Source of the DNA: the human T2T-CHM13v2.0 reference genome, Homo sapiens
Reading direction: 5' to 3' (one strand)
NCBI RefSeq assembly: GCF_009914755.1
Contig: NC_060929.1
Length of the DNA: 64,000 bases
Shown here: one piece after another, positions 44,958 to 64,000 of the stretch
How positions within the stretch are numbered: position 1 is the stretch's first letter
How the letters are laid out: each line of letters starts with the position of its first letter
The notes under the pieces: generated by a model
The model's database searches: none
Seen by the model: only the letters and a program-made list of their open reading frames with translations
Told to the model about the DNA's origin: nothing
Made by a program: the position numbers and the translations under genes

Positions 44958-47007
44958 AATAGCAATTAGCCAAAGCAAATGAACTTATTTTGAAATATGT
45001 ATATATATTTCAAATGTAATATATATTATATTATATATGTATATATAAAATAGATTATCTATGTATATATAAAGTATACTTATATATGTATATATAAAAC
45101 AGAAAAATTAGAGGAAGGCTGTCCAAAAAAGGAAAAGGTACAATAACTTAAAACACAGAATAAAAAAGAAGTAACTATAAAGACTATAAAAAATAAATAA
45201 GATGAGTGAAAAGCTAAGTGCTTAGATAAATTTATATGAAAATAGAAATGACAAATTGGTACAAATGTCATAAAATTTTTGAATAGATAATAATTATTAA
45301 AATAATGGAAATGGTAATCACAGACCTGACACCCCCCCAAAAAAGAACTAGTCTGGATGGTTTTATAGTTTATCAAACTTCCAATAAACTGTTAATAGTA
45401 ATAGAAAAAAATAAAGTTGAACACTTATATATAATAGATACATATGGAAACATTTATCTTTAAAAAGACTATATATCAAAAGTCTACTGTAAACATTATA
45501 CTTAACGAGGAAACCTTAGAAACAGTCTCAATAAGATTAGGATGAAGAAAAGAATACCTACCAGAACCACTACTTCTCAGCAGAGTAAACAGACCCTGGC
45601 CACTACTACAAAACTTGAAAGAGGCTTAAGCAGTATAAGGTGTAGAAGAGACAAGATAAAAGTATTGGTATTTGCAGATGAAATAATCATCTATGAAGAA
45701 AAATCACTAAAATCTAGCACCTTTGCTAAAGTCATCTTTCTGAAGACTTTATCAAAGGTCCTACATATGGTATCAACCAAGGGTGGAAAAAAGTGTTCCT
45801 CCATACCAGTAATAACCAACTAGAAAATACTATATAGGAAATGATTAAACAACAGCCAAAAAGTACATATTATAAAGCGAAAAGATTTATATATTTACTT
45901 CAATATTTATGATTTCTGCTCAAAGATGGGCAAAATAAAAAAATAAGAGGCAGATGGCATAATGCAGAAAATATTTCCAATGTCTAAAACCAACAAAAGA
46001 TTGACATTTAGAACTCACAAAGAACCCATGCAAATAAATATTTAAAAGATAGTCAGTGCTATAGAAAATAGAAAAGAGCATAGGAAGAAATGCCCAAACT
46101 CATGAGTAATCACATACATACAAATTAAAAATAAAATCACTTTTATATTCAGCAAAATGAAAAAGAAATACAAAGCTAGAAAACATCAAGTGTTGGCAAG
46201 GATGTGAGCTAATGACAACTTATACACATCTGAAGGAAATAGCTACTAGTACAGTAACTTTGGAAAGCATTCTAGAGGTATTTAATGAAAATAAATGTAT
46301 GTATTTATCCAGATTCTGTATAAATATATCAAAGAACTTCTTACACTGATTTGTAAGGAAACATATACAATGAGTCTATCATGGCCTTGTTTGTAATAGC
46401 TGGGTACTGAGTTAAATGTAGCCGTCCAACAACAGGAAAAATAAAGAGTAAAATGGTAATGGTAATGTACACTATTGAATGTCACACAGAGGTCATATGC
46501 AACAAACTTGATGTTCAAAAACAATGTGACTAGATCTCAAAAACACAATTCGAGTTTTTTAAAAAGCTAGAAATGGAATAAGAAACTGAAAATGAGTACC
46601 CGGGTATTGACCATATTTTACAGGGACAAAAACAACAAAGCAATATTTTGTAAGCATAAACATACATTTAAAGACACATATTAAACATATAGGCTAAGTA
46701 TATAAATAGAGAAACAGGAGTGCTGAAAGTTAGGGGAAAATGAAGTAATAAAATAAGGGGATTCCTGCACAGACCAAAGTTGATAATGTACTCTAAACTA
46801 AGAAATACAATTAACCATCTGCATCTGGGATTAAAAAGAAAAAGAATGTGTTACTTCCAAACAAGTGGAATAAAAAAGAAAGAAAACTTAATCCAGTAAA
46901 AAGCAGGAAAGTAGAGAAAAAGCCCCAGAAGATTGAAATTACAAAACAGTATTAGAAAAATAAATCCAAATTTATCAGTAATCACAATAAGGACAAACAG
47001 TTTGTTT

Positions 47008-47056
47008 TATGTATGTATGTATGTATGTATGTATGTATGTATGTATGTATGTATGT
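47008..47056. repeat. (TATG)n tetranucleotide STR adjoining an Alu fragment
   Basis: About 12 perfect TATG units. Confidence 0.92.
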
Positions 47057-47227
47057 ATTTATAGAGAAAGGGTCTTTTTATGTTCCCCAAGCTGGTCTTG
47101 ACCTCCTGGCCTCAAGCAATACTCAGTCTCCCAAGTTCATTTATGAAAAGACAAAAACATCACATTGGATTAAAAATAATACAGCTAAATGCTTTTTACA
47201 AATGACATAACTAAAACTTTAAAACAC

Positions 47228-47733
47228 TGTTTATCAGTTTTCTGCTTACTGTTTTAAAAAACTACTACAAATGTAGCAGCTTAAAACACCACATATGTAT
47301 TATCTTACAGTTATGTAGGTCAGAAGTCTGACACAAGTCTCACAGGTCTAAAAACAACGTGTCTGCAATACTACATTCCTTTCTGGAGGTTTTAGAAAAG
47401 AGTCTCTTTTCTTGCTTTTCCAGCTTCTGGAGAACTCCTTCCTTCATCTTCAAAGCCACGAATGTTGCATCTCTCTATACCTTTCTTTCATATTCACATA
47501 TCCACCTCACTCTGTCCCTTTCCTCTCTAGCCTCTCTTCCAATCTTAATGACCCTTGGGATTACATTGCACCTAGAAGGACAATTTAGGAAAATCTCCCT
47601 ATTTTAAGGTCAGTTGATTAGTAACCTTAATTCCATGCACAACCTTAATTCCCTTTGCCATGTAACATAACATTCACAAGGTCCAAGGATTAGGATGGAG
47701 ATATCTTTGAGGGCTATTATTCTGCCCATCACC
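47228..47733. mobile_element. MLT1C/D-like MaLR LTR
   Basis: GCAGCTTAAAACAC...TTATCTTACAGTT...AGGTCAGAAGTC...GGATTAGGATG...ATTATTCTGCC. Confidence 0.75.
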
Positions 47734-47894
47734 CAGTAAAATGAAAGCAAAGACATGGAAAACATACATGTACAATACTAAATATGAATACCAGTTATCA
47801 GAATATCAATATCTGAAAACCTGTATGAATATCAGAAAAAAAGTCCTAATGGCAAAAAGCATTATAGGACAATTCTGCAACTGAATGTATCTAA

Positions 47895-50655
<2,761 letters not shown>

Positions 50656-52009
50656 TTATAATAGTATTCAAAATACAAAGGATCCTGGGAATAACACTAG
50701 TAAAAGATGTGTGGCCTCCAAAAATAAAAATGTAAAACGTTATTTAAAAATTGTATCATTTATAATAGTATTCAAAATATGAAGGATCCTGGGAATAATA
50801 CTAGTAAAAGATGTGTGTGGCTTCCAAAAATAAAAATGTAAAACTTTTTAAAGAAAATTTAAAATTCTTGAATAAGTTGAGACATATAAGACATGTAAGG
50901 ATTAAAGACTTTATATCAATTCTCCCTGAATTTATCTATAGATTCTGTGCTGTCACAATCAAATCCCAACAGGTATTTTTGTTGTTGGTGGTGGTCACAT
51001 GTTGCCATGTTCAACAAGACTAAATTACACTAAATACTTGGAACTGCAAAGGACCAATAGCCAAGGCACCCTTGAATACGAAGAACAAAGTGAGAGGACT
51101 TGCCATTCCAAATATAAAAGTTTATTTAAATAAAGCTGCAGTAATTAATACAGTGTGGTACTGGTGGAGGAATAGAAAAATGAACTAATTTAGAGCCCCT
51201 AAAATAAACTAACATACATATGGACAGAGAGCACAGCTATGGGGAAAAGGCAGCATTCCCTTAAATGGGTGCTGGGACAATTAAGTATCCATATAAAAAA
51301 TAAAATTTGGGTCCCTAATTCATACCATACAAAAGAATCAATTTTAGGCTATTTAGAAATCTGAAAGTGGGAAACAAAATGCAAACACTTAGAAGATAAT
51401 ATTGGACATCTATTCATGACTTTGGGGAAGAATGTTTTAAACAGGACACAAAAGCACAAATCAAGGAAAAGACTGATAAATTTCACTACCTTAAAAGTAA
51501 AAACTAGTCATCACAGAACACCATAAAAAGAGTGAAAAGAAAAGCCTCAGTTTGGAAAATGATATTTGTACCATGTATAAACCACAAAGTTCTAGTATTC
51601 AAAGCCTATAAATGGTATCTACAAATCAATAATAAAAAGGCACACAACCTAATAAAAAGCGTCAAAAGTCTTAAAGAGGAAATCCAAGTGGTGTGGTTGA
51701 TAAACATATGAAAGTTCTCAAATTCTTTAGTAACAGGAAAATGCATATTTTAACCAACGTGAACTACACACCCGGATTGGCAACTATTAAAAGAACAAGG
51801 GTTACAGAGCACATGAAACAAAAGCAGCTCTCATGCACTGCTAGTGTAAGTGTAAACTGGCTGAAAACAAAAATAAAAACACAGGAACACAGTCTGGCTT
51901 CATCTCATCAAGAAGAAGAAATGCAGATATAATACTGTAATTAAACTTCTAGACGGAGCACCTCTGAAACTGAGTAGATGTCAACAAGATGAAATATATA
52001 AGGATATCT

Positions 52010-52470
52010 GAGCCAGGTGCAGGGGCTCACGCCTATAAACACTGTGGGAGGACAAGGCAGGAGGATCGCTTGAGGCCAGGAGTTCAAAACCAGCCTGGGC
52101 AATATAGGAAGACCCTGTCAGAAAGAAAAGAAAGGGAGGGAGGGAGGGAAGAAAGGAAGGAAGGAAGGAAGGGGAAAAAGAGGGAGAAAGAAAGAGAGAA
52201 AAAAGAAAGAGAGAGAAGAAAAAGAAAAGGAAGAAAAACGAGAGGAGAAGAAAAGGAAAAGAAAGGAAGGAAAGAAGGGAGGGAGGGAGGGAGGGAAGGA
52301 GGGAGGGAAAATCCAGGCATAGCAGTGCATGCCTGTAGTCCTAGCTACTTAGGAGTCTGAGTTAGGAGGATTGCTTGAGCCCAAGAGGTCCAGGCTGCAA
52401 TGAGCTATGATTGCATTGATGCACTCCAGCCTGGGCAAGAGTGAGACCCGGTCTCAATATATATATATAT
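52010..52470 (+). mobile_element. AluJ-like whose linker expanded into a ~190-bp polypurine tract (52120-52310)
   Basis: Left arm, then a GGGA/GGAA/GAAA low-complexity run, then right arm and (AT)n. Confidence 0.85.
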
Positions 52471-55400
52471 ATAAAACCTCTTTGTAAAGGGGGAAATAAT
52501 ATATTTTCAGGAGCCTTGAATACATCAACGTTTTATTTTCTAAAAGACCTGGAACAAGTAAAGCAGGCATTAAAATTTCATAAAGCTGAACAGTGGTTAG
52601 GCTAGTCATTGTTGTATTATTTTCTCTATGTATTTTATGTTTTTTTAAAAAACTCTACCAACACATAATCAGTTTTACGGACATTTTCTTGACTTGACTG
52701 AAATAAGGTTTTTTGACATTGCCTACAGGTTTCCCAACAGCCAGATTTCTTAGTCAAAATGCTTGCCTGTTAAAAAAAAAATAGTACTTTAAAATAAAAC
52801 AAATGTAAGTTGGAAACTTTTAAATTGAATAAGTGATTTATGCATAGAACCTTTTATATATGGCCAACAAAGGTACCATTGTAGGAACTATGGCTTTCTG
52901 CGTTAATGTGAATTGATCATAGAATGAATCACTCCTCACTCAATTTTAATTAAATCAAAAATTACATAAAAAATGCAAAGTTTTAAAATCCACCTTATAA
53001 GCAAAATAATTTAATTTTAAAACTATAATAAACCCTAGAACTCATCTATACTATATTGGATCTAAGGAACCTTTTCAGGTATTCACTGAGAATTCCTCTC
53101 CAGGGTTAAATAAATGTACTGATGTCACCTATTAACCTCAAACTGAAATTATACTGATTGATCTGAATTTAACTGCATCTCTTTGAACACACTGATCATG
53201 AGTTATTAGGGAATTCATCCATTTGCTAAATCTTATCATTTCAATTTAAAGTGCACACTAAGTGAACTTGCTCACATTTCACTAATTTCAATGAACTCTC
53301 TGAGATTACTGGACAGGAGAAAGAAGAAATCCTATCAAAGGCTAATTCGTTCCTTAAATTTCACACACAGGTCTTATGAAATAATTGTATATTTTCTTCC
53401 AAAGGCCCACATAGAAAAACATACATAAATCCAGCAGTCTATCAATAAATCCACTGAATTCACTGTAAACTACATAAACACATTGACATCTGTTAAGTTG
53501 CCAAATGCAATTTACAACATTTAAAAGTCACCCAGGATCTCAGTTTTAAGAATTAAATATTACTTGTAAAACACGCCATAGTGTTAATGTGTAGGATTCA
53601 CTGATCTATATGTAAATGCAATATGCTTTCAGTACAAAATTTTGTGTGAATTTGATCCTAATTGCCAGAGATTTGATTGATCTAATTATATATAAATTTG
53701 AAAGGAATTTGAAAATTTAGTCTTGAAAATAAAATCCACAAATATACATTGCCACCTCCAGTCACTAAATACATGAGGAACCATAAAGGAACTTCTAATT
53801 TCCCTCTAAAATTAACTTTCCCTGAACTTGCTATTTATATAAACAAATAGAAAAATAAAATTTAATACAAATAGAGAAAAAATGTCTTGCAAAACATCCA
53901 AATTTGAACTCAGTGAAGTACTAGGACTTCAGTGACATTTGGTTGAAGCCTTTGCACTACCAGTGAACCCCGTAAAAACACATTTTCTCTAGTGCGTATA
54001 CAAATTGGAGTTTCCCTTCTTCCTGACATTTCAGTTAACACTGCACTTCTTTGACCTCAAAATAGTTTCAGAGTGAAATATCCCTTGGCCTTAGGAGAAT
54101 ATGAGAAAAGCCTGTTCCTAAACATTAAACTTAATTAGAATTCATTGCTCCCTTAGTAAATAAGCAGACTTCTTTTTTAATCAAATGAGCTCTCAGAGAA
54201 CTCAATATAAAACCTCTTGACATATTAGTCAATTGGACTTTCATTGACCTCTCAACATTTCTAAATTGGGCTTCCATTCACCCCCCTTTTTTTCCTAGAA
54301 AAATCATAAAAAATACCACTATTGTGAATTTCAAGACGGTAGTTTTACAAACATAAGAAAGCCTCATAATACTTTAAGGCCAATGGGGTGGCTCACCCTG
54401 TAATCCCAGCAGTTTGGGAGGCCTAGGTGGGTGGATCCCTTGAGAACAGGAGTTGGGGAACAGAGCGAGACCATGTCTCAAATTAATAAAAAAATTTTTT
54501 TGGAACAACTAAGCGGTAATAGAAAACCCCAGAATACTCAAAAGGCACACAGTCACAAATCTGTTTAATTAGATTATGCTTCATAAGCCCTGCAAAATCT
54601 TAAAAACCTCTATTTTGCCTCCAAATAAAACCTTTATTCATCTCACATAACAAGATATGAAGGAAAAAATTCAACTGATCTTCAATTGAATATTTGTCAA
54701 TCTTAAATTGTGACTGACAAGGTGGCTTGAATTTTTTCTCTATATATTTGCATATTCAGTATGTGTGGCTTTATACAAGGGAAAACAGCAATACAATTTG
54801 AATAAGTAATGGAATAAAGGAACAGAAGAAGAAATTATACTGAACAGAATGTCAACATGCTTAATTAAAAGTGCTGTTTTTGTCCAAATATACCTGGATT
54901 CTCTTCCATGAATTTACATTTAAGTAATCAATACACACCAAGTATTATGCTAGTATCTGGAGAACCTGAAACGTATTTTACTTGACCAAATCTGAACCCT
55001 GATTATGTTTAATTAGGAGAGAGAAGTGGCACTGTCAGACAATACCTCATGTTAAAAAAAAATCAGCTCTAGAAAAAAGATGATTCTGAATTTACTTTAA
55101 GTAGGTATTTATTTTTAAATTGCTATTTCAATTTCTTGCTTTGGATGTCTTTTTAATATGGTCCTTTACATAATCTACCTAGTGAATTGAACCTATTCAG
55201 AAATATTTAATCTGCTTTTATCTTCAGTGTTAATAATTCTTACTCTACTATACTATTCTGCACTTCGTATTCACTAAATAAACTTGAATTAACTCCCACT
55301 TGTGTTGATTTATACAGTTCAATTGTAGCTATTTGTACTTGCTTCTTTATGGAAGACCATCTATATAAACAAATATATACACACAAATACTTCTGTAAAT

Positions 55401-55590
55401 AAAACCCACCCTACTCCCTAAAATACCTTCTGATTGTGATATTATAGTGTATAGTTTAGGGGAAAATTATCTTCTTTTTATCTTAATAATCCAGTTTCCC
55501 TTTGTACATGGTTACATTCACTGGTGAGTTGCCAACTGAGCACTTCTTGTGTACTCAGTCACCTGACCTTACTCTATGCTGAAAATGGAG

Positions 55591-55922
<332 letters not shown>

Positions 55923-56698
55923 AAATGGAGAAAGAATCAATGCAAAGTAGAAAACTGGGAGAAGCAGAGAGAATCCAAAAGAGAATGAAAAGCTGAGGAA
56001 AGAGTAGTTTGCTCTACCTACGCAAACTACTTTCCATAATTATTACTCAGAAAAATAATTTTCTGTACCAGCAGTTCAGCAAGTACACCTTCTTGAAAGT
56101 TTTCTGTTAAAACTTTCAATTAACCTGAACCAGCCTCAGGATAATTCTTCCTAGACGCTCCAGCCTGTCTGTTCAAACTACCCAGATTTACTCTTACTTT
56201 TTTCTCCAACCTGTGCCTATGCAGACAAACGCACCAGTTCTCAACATCTGGTTTTTTACCTTGCTGCTCCATATCACATGAAACACACGTAATACTTCCA
56301 CTTCAGAAGCCAGAATTAGTATACTTTCAGATGTAACTAGCACAATCAGCCCACGTATAGTTACTAACCTACCCTTGCAAAGTAACCTACAGAAATAAAT
56401 TAACTGGGTTGTGTAATTTCCTAACTCGTAGTATTTTAATTCCATTCACAAAACTGCCTCAAATTACACTTTATATATGGAAGGAGGACTCCATTCTCAA
56501 ATGTATGCATTTTAAAACGATCTTTATGCCACTTGAAGTTTAATCCCTATTCATGCCTTTTTTTTTTCTTAACATGATCAAAACGCTGTGATTCCAGCAA
56601 GCGAAAGAGCATTCAGATCAGCTGATGAGTGCACTGCAAAACAGTCGCAGCTATCCCATCCCCAGAATGTGCCAGAAATAGTAAAGAAATGTTCCAGC

Positions 56699-58466
<1,768 letters not shown>

Positions 58467-59269
58467 CTATATTGTGCATGCTGTTCTCTCTGCATGAATT
58501 GCTGTTTCGCTCCTTCTTTGCCTATCTATCCTTGCCATTTATTCAGGGAAGCCTTTTTTGACTGCTCTGACTGGATAAAAATCTATTATAGGCTTTTATA
58601 GGTTCTCAGAGCCACCAGATCACTTATTTGTAGTATGTAGCCAAATTTCAGTCTTTCATCCATTTGTGGGATGATTTGATTAAAGTATTTCTTCCCCATC
58701 AGATCATGCTTCCTGAGGGTAGGGATAGTGTTTGGTTTTACTTACAGTTTGTATTCCTCAGAGATGATCTCAGTTTCTTGGAGTAGACCCTCAATACAAT
58801 TTTGTTAAATAAATGGATGTTAGTAAACACTGATATTTCTACAGGGAGACCAGAGACTATGAGTATAGATTACTGCAAAACCTAAATAGGGTTGAAATTT
58901 AAGAGTTTGTAAATAAAAATTCAGAAGTAGGAAAGTGATACTCTTTATCAGATCTCTGTGGACCATATTTCTATAAATAAAATATAGTCTTTTTATCAGT
59001 TAATATCTAAGTCTGAGACTGAACTATGGTGATATTTAAATGAAAGAGGAAATAAAAATGAATAAATAAGAGTCCCTGTCATCCAATTACTAAAAGTCTG
59101 GTGGGAGGATATTAGTCGGCTTCATTCAACACAACCTGCCTTTCATTCCAAAATTCATATTCCTTGGGAAAAAAAGCAGAGTATTGTTCAGAACATGCTT
59201 GTCACATTATACTCCAGTAATCTTTATTATTTTGGGAAGGAAAAAATATGAATGTCACATCAGATTTAG

Positions 59270-59965
59270 TCACTTAACAAAGGAACCATTATGCTCCATG
59301 GAATACCATGCTGTCATGGCGCTTATAGTATCCTGGGAAAGACTATGTATCTAACATATATACATATGTGTGTAGAGATATATACCCTACTAGTGGAGTC
59401 AGAGAAGGCCTCATTGAGAGAGCTGGCATTTAAACTAGAATGCAAAGGAAAGCAAGGGCTAACCAACATGGGGATACAGAGAGAACATCACACGAAAAAA
59501 AAGGAAGACTAGAAGGAATTTGGAAATCTTGGAGAATAGATAGGTCAGTGTGGCTGGAAGTCACTTATTAAGGAGAGGACTTTTAAAAATGAAGCCAGAA
59601 AAGTAGGCAGGGGCTGGGTCATTGCCAGATCTTTTAGTCCATACTGAGGATTTTAAACTTTATTATTGAAGCAATGAAAACTCACTGCAGATATTTCAGC
59701 TGCAGAGTGACAGAATTTTACTTTGATTTTTACAAGGTCATTCTGACTGGTCTGTGGAGAACTGGCTGAGTGGGTTTGAAAAAGACAAGAGACATATTTA
59801 TAAGAGTCCAGTGAGCAAATGAAGATATTCCAGGTAAGGGTGTTGTAAGTGGGTTCAAATAGAAATGGAATAATTTGTCATAATAATTTGAAGAGAAAAT
59901 ACACCAAACTTGATGATGGGTTAGACAGGGTGGTGAAAGAGATGGAGATGTCAAAGATACTTCTG
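59270..59965 (-). mobile_element. L2 fragment
   Basis: AGTCAGAGAAGGCCTC...CAGTGTGGCTGGA...TCATTCTGACTG...GTCAAAGAT antisense L2 pattern. Confidence 0.65.
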
Positions 59966-60237
59966 ATCACCATCTTCAGAAGCCTAAAGATCTTCCTTTT
60001 TAGGCTTTAGAAATTAAATCCTTCATTCTCCCCTCAAAAGTGGCAAAACATATGACATTCATTATGATAGTACAGTATGGAAGGTGCATCCTGAATCTTG
60101 AAAGAATCTACCATATATGGGATCCTTAAGAAACTTAGGTCATAGCAGTTCTTTGAGAAACATCCCATTGTCAACTGTGGAAAAGTAAAAAAGTTTTGAG
60201 ACTCGCTAGCGTACTCACAACATGAATATGACATTCA

Positions 60238-63312
<3,075 letters not shown>

Positions 63313-63814
63313 TCACATCATTCGAGAAAAATCTTATTTCCTGCAAAATCAGAAATACTTCATCTGCAGTAGAAAATCATTTCAATGGGTTTGTGTTTAA
63401 GTTGGTACCATAAAATTAAACTTAGCTTAAACCTCACCTCCTCTGAGACTCTTCCTGATACCTCACTTCTGTTCTTAAATATCCCTTTTTAGTACCTGAT
63501 AGTGCCTATGCAAATCACCGAGTCACCTTTTTAATATTCTAACCTCCTGCGGTGTAGGCACCAGACTTTACTCAACTTTATATCCCCAATGTCTTTTACA
63601 GTGCTTGAATATAATCTGTGTGTAAAAAATACCTGCGAAGAATTAATCAGTTCAATGAATTTATGGCCAAATGACTGGCTTGATTGAAATGAAAGAAATC
63701 CAATTCGGTTCCTCTCAAAGGAAATCTCACAGCTGATATTATGATAATAAACAACCATTGTTTTTGTTCACATTAAGTAAACTAAATATTGGAGAAGTAA
63801 TTAAAACTCAAGAG

Positions 63815-64000
63815 GTGAGAATTCCGCCCCTAGATGTGAATATGAACAGATTTTGACAGTTTCCGCAGGAAAGCGCTGTACAGCCCAGGTTTTCAGTTCG
63901 GACGCCTGGTGGCACTACAGGCTAAAAAGTAGGAGGAGGAGGAGCCCTGCATTTGCCTGCAGACTCCATCTTAGAAAAGACAAAATCTGAAAGGTGCTGG
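63815..64000 (+). promoter_or_regulatory. PCDHB-type promoter element (CSE/CTCF-like), truncated by the window end
   Basis: GC box CCGCCCC ~63824, GAAAGCGCTG ~63869, and TCGGACGCCTGGTGGCACTACAG 63898-63920, resembling the PCDHB1 element TCGGCTAGCCTTTGGTGGTGCTGCAG. Confidence 0.55.

Noticed and set aside
51989-52360. 123-aa Lys/Arg/Glu-rich ORF
   Set aside because: Translation of the polypurine Alu-linker expansion.
52500-55560. ~3 kb of AT-rich, mostly repeat-free sequence
   Set aside because: No ORF, motif cluster or structure was recognised. Conservation data would be needed.

Overview
Human genomic DNA (Alu/L1/L2/MLT-rich, with a human-specific AluYb). It is recognisable as the 5q31 clustered-protocadherin locus at the alpha/beta junction. 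The only credible protein-coding gene is the uninterrupted PCDHB1 ORF (30763-33219, +, 818 aa). About 10-11 kb upstream is a repeat-free, CpG-enriched block (~18500-20750) with two minus-strand CTCF sites and a split (8-nt spacer) REST/NRSE site, matching the known PCDHA HS5-1 enhancer/boundary. I cannot support a wholly new biological system. The best second-look candidates are: (i) splice and poly(A) signals outlining a spliced antisense RNA from a CpG/ETS promoter at ~57.3 kb through PCDHB1 and its promoter to an LTR-derived terminal exon; (ii) a decayed CSE (CGCT>TGCT) plus an RFX/GC-box alternative promoter and a possible 5'UTR intron at PCDHB1; (iii) a possible long 3'UTR with two inverted-Alu pairs; (iv) a beta-type CSE promoter at the right edge; (v) a perfect 39-bp-arm AT-rich palindrome at 13889-14089. 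Repeat boundaries and subfamily names were assigned by eye and are approximate. Literature statements are from memory and were not checked.
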